Below the pieces are notes generated by a model that ran no database searches, was not told where the DNA came from, and saw nothing but the letters and a program-made list of their open reading frames with translations. This document shows positions 23,496-36,630 of a DNA stretch of 64,000 nt, piece by piece (position 1 is the stretch's first letter; each line of letters starts with the position of its first letter). The stretch comes from Eledone cirrhosa. Lineage: Eukaryota. The position numbers were made by a program, and so were the translations under genes. The stretch covers positions 101,494,001 through 101,558,000 of the forward strand of contig OZ024746.1 of NCBI GenBank assembly GCA_964016885.1. Reading direction: 5' to 3'.

Positions 23496-23541
23496 AATGA
23501 ATGAAGAATAACGTGGTTGGCTGTACAATAGGGTTTATTTA

Positions 23542-23654
23542 CAGTATTAACAATTGTTTCATTAGTCAGGTGTGTCTAAACATCGCTGATCGCCAGATGC
23601 CACATCACTCGATTTTAATTACAGTTGATACCTGACCAAATCATCAGAATACTG
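23542..23654 (-). ncRNA. Type I hammerhead ribozyme motif with extended stem II
   Basis: Stem I CAGUAUU/AAUACUG, CUGAUGA, stem II UUGGUCAGGU/ACCUGACUAA, GAA, palindromic ACAAUUGU, GUU site; AAUAAA immediately downstream. Confidence 0.78.
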
Positions 23655-23713
23655 ATCTGTGTACATGATACAGTGTACTGTATATGTATGTATGTATATA
23701 TATATATATACAT

Positions 23714-23769
<56 letters not shown>

Positions 23770-23771
<2 letters not shown>

Positions 23772-25392
23772 ATTGAAGTTTCCGTTGAAAATTGAAAAAG
23801 TCATAGGAATGAAGAGTACTCTATGTAAGTTACAGAGCTAAATATTTAATGTATAATAAACAATACAATATAATTACCTCATTACCAGAGGTTTCCCCGA
23901 ATAAGACGAATACAAGAAACGTCCGCATTCGTTCATCAGACAAGGCAATTTAAAACATAGTGAAATATTTGAAAAATCTCCTCAAGAAAGGCAAAAGTTT
24001 AACGGGCAAAAAAAATATATAATAATAAATAAAAGTAATAATACAAGAGATGTATAAAAATAAAAATAAAAATAAAGAAATATAGTAAGGGGATATGTAT
24101 AAATATGTGTATAAGCACTTACAAATGTACATATGTGTGCATGTACAAATGCATGTGTATAGTGAAAAGATGTGTGCGTAAGTACACACATGAGGGCAAA
24201 CATATTAGTGTATGTGTGACCACAAATACGTATATATATATATATATATGTTGAAAAAGGAATTGTAAGATAAAGGAGTTAGCGTACATACAGACTCAGG
24301 GACTAAGGGCTGAAATATATACACATACAAGGATGAAAGGACGCACGCGTATAAACATACACACACGTGCAACCACATACATGTATGTGATATATACAGG
24401 GAAGGGAGTGTATCAGTCAAAGCAGTGTCAATCTGAAGGTCGATACAGATATAAAAATATAAAATATGAAAAAAATAATGAAATAATATATAAGATAAGA
24501 ATAAAAAATTAAGGCAAAGAGAAAGTAAGTAGGAGGGGTTATAATATATAAAGTAACAGTAGAAAAAAAAAAGTAGAAAACAGGCATATATACGAACAAG
24601 CTCGTACGCACATATATATATATAAATATATATATACGTACAGATAAAAAAACATGTAGAAAATGATACATACACATACATGCGTACATACACGCATACA
24701 TACACATGAAACAAATATATATACATAATACATGTATATCTAATCACACGCACGCACGCGACCATATATATATATGTAAAAAACATATACGTAAAAGCAC
24801 ACATACACACACACATACACATACACGCACACATATGAATGCGTTCGTATATATATACGAACGCGTATACACACATATGCACACATATACGCATACATAC
24901 ATATATAAAAACCAGCCGTATGAATAAATGGATACAAAATATACGCAAGTAAACATACATAAAAGTGGCTGAGGGACAGCAGAAAATATCTGGAGTTAAA
25001 AACACAAGTGACATTTGATATCAGGTAGTGAAAGAAAAGGGGGAAGCAAAATAAGTAAAATTGTAAAGATATAAAGTAAGTGAATCAAAAAACAAGGGGG
25101 GGGGGGGGTCACTAGTGGATGTGAAGTAAAATAAAAATAAAAATAAAAATAAAAATAAAAATAAATCTGAAAGAGAAGTCTATAAAGAAGGTAAGTTCAG
25201 GAAAGTGAAGAACAAGAGTTTATGGAGGATAAGTGTCTGAAAGTGAGTTAAGTTTATATGAGCTGGAAAGCAAGTGTGATTTCATGTGGGCAACTGGTGA
25301 AAATTTCTGTTTTTGCATTTAGGCAGATTTTTGTTGATTTAATGTTCTGTAAAATCCAATATTTTTCACTTATGCAGAGTGCGTATCTTCTT
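23770..25392 (-). mobile_element. Second Penelope-like element remnant (endonuclease C-terminus, long low-complexity 3' region, hammerhead)
   Basis: Minus strand of 25250-25390 reads ALCISEKYWILQNIKSTKICLNAKTEIFTSCPH, matching the LCxxEK..LNxRxE..CxH tail of PLE GIY-YIG domains; bounded by (TA)n. Confidence 0.62.
23872..23950 (-). ncRNA. Type I hammerhead ribozyme motif
   Basis: Stem I AAUUGCCUUGU/AUGAGGUAAUU (with GU pairs), CUGAUGA, stem II CGAAUG.GGACG/CGUCU.UAUUCG, GAA-ACC-UCU-GGU-A. Confidence 0.7.
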
Positions 25393-25431
25393 ATATTATA
25401 TTATATATAAATGTATATATATGTGTATATA

Positions 25432-25463
<32 letters not shown>

Positions 25464-25562
25464 GATATAGATATATATATATATACATATATATATATAC
25501 ATGTACATAAATATATAGTAATAATAAAAAGGACGATTTGTTATATCTTCATTACATTTATT

Positions 25563-25666
25563 GAGTAGTGACGTGCGTTTCGCTATTTATATTGATCAGC
25601 TCAAGGTTCGATCTGTATCGATCTGGCCCGACTCTGGAATCAAAAGCTCATCGGACTTAGTACTAC
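25563..25666 (-). ncRNA. Type I hammerhead motif with CCGAUGA core variant
   Basis: AGU-CCGAUGA-GC..(about 60 nt)..GC-GAA-AC-GCAC-GU-C-ACU, then AAUAAA and a (TA)n tract. Confidence 0.68.
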
Positions 25667-26537
25667 ATCTGTATACTTATTGGAAACAACGCATCGAGTG
25701 CTCACTCTGGTGAACCTAGAAAACTTCCTCTCAATAAAGATTCTCTTGTGAAAGACAATATGTACTAATTATCAAACTGGTCTATTTCATTGCTGATTGG
25801 AGCAAATGACAGAAATCCCTTCCTTAAAGTATATGGGATGGAAGTCAGATGGAAGGATTTTCAAACCAACTGGTGCTGTCTTTCGCCATCTCCAGGTAAC
25901 ATTTTGGAAGTCACCAACAGAAGCTGCAAGAAGGTAATTGGAGCTGAAATTTAAATAAAACAGTATTGTGTTGTGAAGTGTAATCCCTTATTTTGTAGCT
26001 TAATATCACAACAGTGGGAGCTTGAAAGAAGGTAACAGATGAAGTCTACAACCTGCTTCAAGTGTAACCTCCATCCAGTACCCATTTGCAGGAATAAGCC
26101 AGTGATTTTTTAAATTTTTCAACTAAGGATACTCTTGGGGAATGAACTTTCAACCAGCAGGGTGATATCTTATTAATTTCATAATTTCAACTATACTGAA
26201 ACTGACCTATAAACATTTTCATAGTATCCTGCTTGATTCTGTGGTGAAAAAACAAAACAAAACATGCACATCTTAAAGTATTCATATTAAAATGTAACCA
26301 TTCTATTATAACTTCACGTAAGAACCTTCTTTTTATTCAGTTGTTTTAAGACCCAGCTTAATAATGAAAAGCATGATTTTCATAAATTCCTCTAAATTTT
26401 TGATTATATTGAAACTTAATCAAAAAACAGGCAATGTGCTTCATTAGAAAAATGGTAATATGATCTGAAATGTTTGATTAGATCATAACAGATAGATTCA
26501 TTATTATGTAGTGTTTCATAGACAAGTCAGTTTGGAA

Positions 26538-26971
26538 CTCAGACTCAGAAGCTCCCGCGTCTTGTGACACATGAGGCAATCATAGTGTTCCATCGCGTTC
26601 GGTCAGCAGCCAGTTGCACTGCGTCCCGCCATTGTCTGTTTGTCGCTCGCAGGTCCCTCTCAACTGTCTGGCGCCAGTTCATTTTGGGTCACCCTCTCCG
26701 TCTGCTTCCCTGTGGGCTCCATTTAAGTACTTGGTTCACCCGTCTCTCCGAGGGAAGTCTCAAAGCGTGTCCAAACCAGCCCAGGCATCGCTTGCAGATG
26801 GTTGGTGCGGTTCCTGACTTCCTGGTTTGTTACATGGTCACTCCATTTAATCCCCAGGATCTTTCGCAGACATCTGGAATCGAATGCGTCCAACTTCTTC
26901 TCTTGGCTGGTCTTGAGGTGCCATGTTTCACTTCCGTACAAGAGTGTGGACAGCACGTTGCTGTTGTAGAA
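26538..26971 (-). mobile_element. RTE-like LINE 3' fragment with 11-bp TSD
   Basis: LSTLLYGSETW..LDAFDSRCLRKILGIKWSDHVTNQEV; (CTGAGT)n-like tail; TSD TCAGTTTGGAA at 26527-26537 and 26972-26982, inside a 46-bp tandem repeat. Confidence 0.88.
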
Positions 26972-27254
26972 TCAGTTTGGAAGAGTCCATTTTATTATGT
27001 AGTGTTTCATAGACAAGTCAGTTTGGAAGAGTCCATTTTATTATGTAGTGTTTCATAGACAAGTCAGCTTGGAAGAGTCCATTCTTCTTTACATAACTGA
27101 CTATAGCAGGAAATCCTAACCAAATAAATGAAATAACAATTGGATTTGTCTCAGTTCTGCCAAAAGCTATATAAAGAATGTGTTTAAATGAAAGTTTAAT
27201 TTAGAAAAATTAACTTTATTTTTTTTTAAATGAGATATAAAATACAAGAAGAAA

Positions 27255-30200
27255 TATGATAGAGACAGTTCTCATCTGTATGACAGAGACAGCTCTCATC
27301 TGTATGATAGAGACAGCTCTTATCTGTATGACAGAGACAGTTCTTATCTGTATGATAGAGACAGCTCTTATCTGTATACTGTATGACAGAGACAGCTCTC
27401 ATCTGTATGACAGAGACAGCTCTTTTCTGTATGACAGAGACAGCTCTCATCTGTGTGACAGAGACAGTTCTTATCTGTATGATAGAGACAGCTCTTATCT
27501 GTATACTGTATGACAGAGACAGCTCTTATCTGTATACTGTATGATAGAGACAACTCTTATCTGTATACTGTATGACAGAGACAGCTCTTATCTGTATACT
27601 GTATGACAGAGACAGCTCTTATCTGTATACTGTATGACAGAGATAGCTCTTATCTGTATAGTGTATGACAGAGACAGCTCTTATCTGTATACTGTATGAT
27701 AGAGACAACTCTTATCTGTATAGTGTATGACAGAGACAGCTCTTATCTGTATAGTGTATGACAGAGACAGCTCTTATCTGTATACTGTATGATAGAGACA
27801 ACTCTTATCTGTATAGTGTATGACAGAGACAGCTCTTATCTGTATAGTGTATGACAGAGACAACTCTTATCTGTATAGTGTATGATAGAGACAGCTCTTA
27901 TCTGTATACTGTATGATAGAGACAGCTCTTATCTGTATACTGTATGACAGAGACAACTCTTATCTGTATACTGTATGACAGAGACAGCTCTTATCTGTAT
28001 ACTGTATGACAGAGACAGCTCTTATCTGTATACTGTATGACAGAGACAGCTCTTATCTGTATACTGTATGACAGAGACAGCTCTTATCTGTATAGTGTAT
28101 GACAGAGACAGCTCTTATCTGTATAGTGTATGACAGAGACAGCTCTTATCTGTATAGTGTATGACAGAGACAGCTCTTATCTGTATAGTGTATGACAGAG
28201 ACAGCTCTTATCTGTATACTGTATGATAGAGACAGCTTTTATCTGTATACTGTATGACAGAGACAACTCTTATCTGTATACTGTATGACAGAGACAGCTC
28301 TTATCTGTATACTGTATGACAGAGACAACTCTTATCTGTATAGTGTATGACAGAGACAGCTCTTATCTGTATACTGTATGACAGAGACAACTCTTATCTG
28401 TATACTGTATGATAGAGACAGCTCTTATCTGTATACTGTATGACAGAGACCTCTTATCTGTATAGTGTATGATAGAGACAACTCTTATCTGTATACTGTA
28501 TGACAGAGACAGCTCTTATCTGTATACTGTATGATAGAGACAACTCTTATATGTATAGTGTATGACAGAGACAGCTCTTATCTGTATACTGTATGACAGA
28601 GACAGCTCTTATCTGTATAGTGTATGATAGAGACAGCTCTTATCTGTATACTGTATGACAGAGACAGCTCTTATCTGTATAGTGTATGACAGACAGCTCT
28701 TATCTGTATACTGTATGATAGAGACAACTCTTATCTGTATACTGTATGATAGAGACAGCTCTTATCTGTATAGTGTATGACAGAGACAGCTCTTATCTGT
28801 ATACTGTATGACAGAGACAGCTCTTATCTGTATACTGTATGATAGAGACAGCTCTTATCTGTATAGTGTATGACAGAGACAGTTCTTATCTGTATACTGT
28901 ATGACAGAGACAGCTCTTATCTGTATACTGTATGATAGAGACAACTCTTATCTGTATACTGTATGACAGAGACAGCTCTTATCTGTATACTGTATGATAG
29001 AGACAGCTCTTATCTGTATAGTGTATGACAGAGACAGCTCTTATCTGTATACTGTATGACAGAGACAGCTCTTATCTGTATACTGTATGATAGAGACAGC
29101 TCTTATCTGTATACTGTATGACAGAGACAGCTCTTATCTGTATACTGTATGATAGAGACAGCTCTTATCTGTATAGTGTATGACGGAGACAGCTCTTATC
29201 TTTATACTGTATGACAGAGACAGCTCTTATCTGTATAGTGTATGACAGAGACAGCTCTTATCTGTATACTGTATGACAGAGACAGCTCTTATCTGTATAG
29301 TGTATGACAGAGACAGCTCTTATCTGTATACTGTATGACAGAGACAGCTCTTATCTGTATACTGTATGATAGAGACAGCTCTTATCTGTATACTGTATGA
29401 CAGAGACAGCTTTTAGCTGTATACTGCATGACAGAGAAAGTTCTTATCTGTATAGTGTATGACAGAGACAGCTCTTATCGGTATAGTGTATGACAGAGAC
29501 AGTTCTTATCTGTATACTGTATGACAGAGACAGCTCTTATCTGTATACTGTATGATAGAGACAGCTCTTATCTGTATACTGTAAGACAGAGACAGCTCTT
29601 ATCTGTATACTGTATGACAGAGACAGCTTTTATCTGTATACTGCATGACAGAGACAGCTCTTATCTGTATAGTGTATGATAGAGACAGCTCTTATCTGTA
29701 TACTGTATGACAGAGACAGCTCTTATCTGTATAGTGTATGACAGAGACAGCTCTTATCTGTATACTGTATGAGAGAGACAGCTCTTATCTGTATAGTGTA
29801 TGACAGAGACAACTCTTATCTGTATACTGTATGACAGAGACAGCTCTTATCTGTATACTGTATGACAGAGACAGCTCTTATCTGTATAGTGTATGACAGA
29901 GACAACTCTTATCTCTATAGTGTATGACAGAGACAGCTCTTATCTGTATACTGTATGACAGAGACAGCTCTTATCTGTATATTGTATGACAGAGACAGCT
30001 CTTATCTGTATACTGTATGACAGAGACAGCTCTTATCTGTATAGTGTATGACAGAGACGACTCTTATCTGTATACTGTATGACAGAGACAGCTCTTATCT
30101 GTATAGTGTATGACAGAGACAGCTCTTATCTGTATACTGTATGACAGAGACAGCTCTTATCTGTATACTGTATGACAGAGACAGCTCTTATCTGTATACT

Positions 30201-33200
30201 GTATGACAGAGACAACTCTTATCTGTATACTGTATGACAGAGACAGCTCTTATCTGTATACTGTAAGACAGAGACAGCTCTTATCTGTATACTGTATGAC
30301 AGAGACAGCTTTTATCTGTATACTGTATGACAGAGACAGCTCTTATCTGTATACTGTATGACAGAGACAGCTTTTATCTGTATACTGTATGACAGAGACA
30401 GCTCTTATCTGTATACTGTATGACAGAGACAGCTCTTATCTGTATACTGTATGACAGAGACAGCTCTTATCTGTATACTGTATGACAGAGCCAGCTCTTA
30501 TCTGTATACTGTATGACAGAGACAGCTCTTATCTGTATACTGTATGACAGAGACAGCTCTTATCTGTATACTGTATGATAGAGACAGCTCTTATCTGTAT
30601 ACTGTATGACAGAGACAGCTCTTATCTGTATACTGTATGATAGAGACAGCTCTTATCTGTATACTGTATGACAGAGACAGCTCTTATCTGTATAGTGTAT
30701 GACAGAGACAACTCTTATCTGTATACTGTATGACAGAGACAGCTCTTATCTGTATAGTGTATGACAGAGACAACTCTTATCTGTATAGTGTATGACAGAG
30801 ACAACTCTTATCTGTATACTGTATGACAGAGACAGCTCTTATCTGTATACTGTATGACAGAGACAGCTCTTATCTGTATACTGTATGATAGAGACAGCTC
30901 TTATCTGTATACTGTATGACAGAGACAGCTCTTATCTGTATAGTGTATGACAGAGACAACTCTTATCTGTATAGTGTATGACAGAGACAACTCTTATCTG
31001 TATAGTGTATGACAGAGACAACTCTTATCTGTATACTGTATGACAGAGACAGCTCTTATCTGTATACTGTATGACAGAGACAGCTCTTATCTGTATAGTG
31101 TATGACAGAGACAACACTTATCTGTATACTGTATGACAGAGACAGCTCTTATCTGTATACTGTATGACAGAGACAGCTCTTATCTGTATACTGTATGACA
31201 GAGACAGCTCTTATCTGTATACTGTATGACAGAGACAACTTTTATCTGTATACTGTATGACAGAGACAGCTCTTATCTGTATACTGTATGACAGAGCCAG
31301 CTCTTATCTGTATAGTGTATGACAGAGACAACACTTATCTGTATAGTGTATGACAGAGACAACACTTATCTGTATAGTGTATGACAGAGACAGCTCTTAT
31401 CTGTATACTGTATGACAGAGACAACACTTATCTGTATAGTGTATGACAGAGACAGCTCTTATCTGTATAGTGTATGACAGAGACAGCTCTTATCTGTATA
31501 GTGTATGACAGAGACAACACTTATCTGTATAGTGTATGACAGAGACAGCTCTTATCTGTATAGTGTATGACAGAGACAGCTCTTATCTGTATACTGTATG
31601 ACAGAGACAGCTCTTATCTGTATAGTGTATGATAGAGACAGCTCTTATCTGTATACTGTATGATAGAGACAACTCTTATCTGTATAGTGTATGACAGAGA
31701 CAGCTCTTATCTGTATACTGTATGACAGAGATAGCTCTTATCTGTATAGTGTATGACAGAGACAGCTCTTATCTGTATACTGTATGACAGAGACAACTCT
31801 TATCTGTATACTGTATGATAGAGACAGCTCTTATCTGTATACTGTATGACAGAGACAGCTCTTATCTGTATAGTGTATGACAGAGACAACTCTTATCTGT
31901 ATAGTGTATGACAGAGACAGCTCTTATCTGTATACTGTATGACAGAGACAACTCTTATCTGTATAGTGTATGACAGAGACAGCTCTTATCTGTATACTGT
32001 ATGACAGAGACCTCTTATCTGTATACTGTATGATAGAGACAACTCTTATCTGTATAGTGTATGACAGAGACAGCTCTTATCTGTATACTGTATGACAGAG
32101 ACAACTCTTATCTGTATAGTGTATGACAGAGACAGCTCTTATCTGTATACTGTATGACAGAGACCTCTTATCTGTATACTGTATGATAGAGACAACTCTT
32201 ATCTGTATAGTGTATGACAGAGACAGCTCTTATCTGTATACTGTATGACAGAGACAACTCTTATCTGTATAGTGTATGACAGAGACAGCTCTTATCTGTA
32301 TACTGTATGACAGAGACCTCTTATCTGTATAGTGTATGACAGAGACAGCTCTTATCTGTATACTGTATGGTAGAGACAACTCTTATCTGTATAGTGTATG
32401 ACAGAGACAGCTCTTATCTGTATACTGTATGACAGAGACCTCTTATCTGTATACTGTATGATAGAGACAACTCTTATCTGTATAGTGTATGACAGAGACA
32501 GCTCTTATCTGTATACTGTATGACAGAGACCTCTTATCTGTATACTGTATGACAGAGACAACTCTTATCTGTATAGTGTATGACAGAGACAGCTCTTATC
32601 TGTATACTGTATGACAGACAACTCTTATCTGTATTCTGTATGATAGAGACAACTCTTATCTGTATAGTGTATGACAGAGACAGCTCTTATCTGTATAGTG
32701 TATGACAGAGACCTCTTATCTGTATACTGTATGATAGAGACCACTCTTATCTGTATAGTGTATGACAGAGACAGCTCTTATCTGTATACTGTATGACAGA
32801 GACAACTCTTATCTGTATAGTGTATGACAGAGACAGCTCTTATCTGTATACTGTATGACAGACAACTCTTATCTGTATTCTGTATGATAGAGACAACTCT
32901 TATCTGTATAGTGTATGACAGAGACAGCTCTTATCTGTATAGTGTATGACAGAGACCTCTTATCTGTATACTGTATGATAGAGACCACTCTTATCTGTAT
33001 AGTGTATGACAGAGACAGCTCTTATCTGTATACTGTATGACAGAGACAACTCTTATCTGTATAGTGTATGACAGAGACAACTCTTATCTGTATACTGTAT
33101 GACAGAGACCTCTTATCTGTATACTGTATGATAGAGACAACTCTTATCTGTATACTGTATGACAGAGACAACTCTTATCTGTATAGTGTATGACAGAGAC

Positions 33201-33664
33201 AACTCTTATCTGTATACTGTATGACAGAGACCTCTTATCTGTATACTGTATGATAGAGACAACTCTTATCTGTATACTGTATGACAGAGACAACTCTTAT
33301 CTGTATACTGTATGACAGAGACCTCTTATCTGTATACTGTATGACAGAGACCTCTTATCTGTATACTGTATGACAGAGACCTCTTATCTGTATACTGTAT
33401 GACAGAGACCTCTTATCTGTATACTGTATGACAGAGACCTCTTATCTGTATACTGTATGATAGAGACAACTCTTATCTGTATACTGTATGACAGAGACAA
33501 CTCTTATCTGTATACTGTATGACAGAGACCTCTTATCTGTATACTGTATGACAGAGACCTCTTATCTGTATACTGTATGACAGAGACCTCTTATCTGTAT
33601 ACTGTATGACAGAGACAGCTCTTATCTGTATACTGTATGACAGAGACCTCTTATCTGTATACTG
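27255..33664. repeat. 6.4-kb satellite, main monomer 31 bp (TATGACAGAGACAGCTCTTATCTGTATACTG)
   Basis: About 200 tandem copies; 24-bp variants at the left end, 29-bp variants enriched at the right end. Confidence 0.97.
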
Positions 33665-34717
33665 TTGGATTAAATGTTGTAAATAAACAAAAGCTGGAAA
33701 CAGATTTTTGTTAATAGAAAAAGAAAGGAAAAAAATGTTAAGTTTCATCTGAGAAACTGGAACTTCCAAAAGTGATCTATGAATAGTAGTAGGAGCATGA
33801 CTGACCATCAGAATTATTAAAAGACCAGGCTTAAGTAATGCTTCAGTATGGAAACAGAGGACTAACTAATCATTTAAAGACAATAGATGTTTACATCTTT
33901 ATATGTCTATTGACAGCTTTTACAGATGTTTTTGTTTTTATTCTTTTCCTTTCTTTCTTCTTTTGACACACTCTCCCTCTTTCTTTCTCACTCTCTCTCT
34001 CTTGGCACATGTGTCTTAGTGAAGCAGAAAATTGAGTTAAGATGACATGAAGATAAAAGAAGAAAGTGTGAAGTGAAATAAACAGAAGCCCTTAGCCTCC
34101 AATCAACAGCCAAACTTAATATCAGTGAAGAAGTGAGCCATATTATAAAAAAAAGAGAAAGAAATGTATTAAACAAATTAGCAACAAGCTGTTTTGGAAT
34201 GAGGTAGGTTACAGTTGTTGTAAACATTCAAAATGATTCGAATTAGAGCTGGTTATTATAATCACTGTTGTCTGTTTCCACATAGACTTCTCCAAAGTTT
34301 AGTGATGGGATGGACTGACTCATTGATGGCCAGAAGAATGCTGGATACATTTAAACTATATTTATTTATTACTTTAAATATTACAGACACTCTGGAGTAG
34401 ATTAGTAGCCAACAGTCAACTATCTTATATCTCTGAAGTTCTACTGATAACCTACGATGATAGGATCTTGTAGGCATGCTTTCATTTTAATGTCACACTT
34501 TTAGTGAATAAAAGAATTAAGAATTAGCACCACATACATACAATTTCTTTTTGAAAGTAGGAAGAATTATTGGTAAAAAGAGGTACATTAAATGGAACCA
34601 AAGAGATATAAAGAAAAGCCAACACTAGCAGGATTTGAACATAAAACTGCTGAGAAATAAAAATAAATACTGCTACACATTTGACCATTCTGCCTGTCAT
34701 TGTTTGCCCTTTACAAT

Positions 34718-35198
34718 GGTAAAGGCCGGTTATATGATGCCTGTGTGGGATGCGCGATGCTGCATGGTAGTGAGACATGTGCAGCAACTGCAGAGGATAT
34801 GCGATGGCTGGAGAGAAATGAAACAAGCATACTTTGTTGGATGTGCAATGTCAATGTGCGTGAACGACCAAGTATAGATGAGTTGAGAGAGAAACTGTGT
34901 ATAAGAGGGATAGACTGTAGTGTGCGGGAGAGAAGACTGAGATGGTATGGACATGTGATGTGCATGGAGGATGACCGCTGGGTAAAGAAGTGCCAAGAAA
35001 TCCCAGTAGAAGGAAGACGCAGTAGAGGTAGACCACAACAAATATGGGCGAACGTGGTGAGAGCTGACCTCAGATCGCTGAAGCTCACGGAGGAGATGAC
35101 AAAGGACTGTGACAAATGGAGAGATGCTGTGCTAAAGAGGACCTGCCCCACCCTTGCAAGCAGGGAAAAGCGGACGTAAAATGATGATGATGATGATT
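34718..35198 (+). mobile_element. RTE LINE 3' fragment with (GAT)n tail
   Basis: LYDACV..MLHGSET..RLRWYGHV..RSRGRP..DCDKWR, followed by ATGATGATG; related to 57620-59922. Confidence 0.9.
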
Positions 35199-35699
35199 AT
35201 TAACCTTATACTGCTACAGATTTGACCACTCAGCCTGTCACCGCTTGCCCTTACAATATTTATAAAGGATTATTAACCTCACGAGGTGCTAAGATTTTGT
35301 AGTGATCCTCATGTAACCAAGTGAAATTAGAGAGGAGGAGGAGAGCATTACCTCTCAACCATGCATTGGTTATATAAGCAAAACACAAAGCTCTTTCTCT
35401 TTTGTTTCCTTGTTAGAACTCATGTAGATCATTCCCTGGTGGCTATGCTAGTATTTTGCTGAGTAAAAATGGAATTTTTTTTTTTAAACAGTTAAGCCAT
35501 GATTTTGTTGTTTTCCAAACACTAGTATTTGAAACCAATGATTTAGCTTTCTAACTTATCTTGGTGAGACTGACATAGATTTACCTCTTAATGTATTTAG
35601 TTTAAATAATATCAGTAATGTAATGAAGTGGTAAAAAAGAAAAATGGAATGTTTCTTTTATACTGAAATTGGACTCAGTTTTACTGGTTAGACTCATGA

Positions 35700-36630
35700 A
35701 AAAAGCCAGGCTAATAAAATATTCACAGTTGTATATAAAAAAAAAATAATAATACAATATTTACAGAACGAAAGCCCAAACAAATATAATATAAAGAAAA
35801 GGGAAAGAGAAAACACAAGGAAAAGAAAGAGAAAAGAAAAAACAACACAGAAGCAGGTAATACACACATCTGGGACCACATACAACAAAAGGGATGGATG
35901 AGCTACTACCAGAGCAAACGATAACAATATTGCGAGGAGCACTGGGAAACCTCTCTAATAATTATTGAGGCAAGCCAGCACGCTCGCAGCGTTACTTCTT
36001 GAGATGGCGAGGCTGATGTGCTAGAACAACCAAGCGCCCTCGCGAGATTCACCAGTTAGCTCGGTTAGGTGAGCCGCCAGTTAAGATAGGAATTTCGCAG
36101 TCAGTAGCCCGACTCTCACAAAAGTCTCGAACGCCACAGGCTGGAAAATGTAGTTAGCTGACAGAACACGGTATTTTAGGATTTTGTTCTGTTCGGCTGC
36201 GGAAGTGCCTCTTGACCAGCGGCACAGGGTAAGGCTGTCAGCTCTTTTCCCATCAATTCTGGACAACCCAGACAGTTCCAAGACTGAGGGGATGTTTTCC
36301 CGGGCTAAAGCTCTCTTGAAAATGAGATTCAGCTCCGTGTGATGCGCGAAGCAACCAGCATTCAGGTGGAAAGAAAGACTGTGGAGGCCTGTGGAGTTGA
36401 GGAGTTTGCCATACCAACACCACAAACCTGTACAGACATCGGTTCCCACTCCGAGGGCAATGGAGACACAAAGTTTGTCCAAGCTGAGTAGGTCACCAAC
36501 GTTAGCCACGGGTAGGGTATCAACCCAGTCACCTGAGTATTTGGCACTGACAGACAGTAAGTGGCACCTTGAAAACTGATCTGACTGGTCGAAGAGGGAG
36601 AGAAAGGTATCCCTCGAATGGATGCTGTCT
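35700..36630 (-). mobile_element. CRE-like non-LTR retrotransposon 3' fragment (second copy)
   Basis: HHTELNLIFKRALA..LELSGLSRIDGKRADSLTL..PVAFETF; shares GAGGAGCACTGGGAAACCTCTCTAATAATT with the 18-kb copy. Confidence 0.82.

Noticed and set aside
24205-25014. 269-aa hydrophobic ORF
   Set aside because: Low-complexity TA/CA-rich sequence within a PLE 3' region.
27255-33664. CRISPR-like array of ~31-bp repeats
   Set aside because: Head-to-tail monomers with no unique spacers and no cas genes; eukaryotic satellite.
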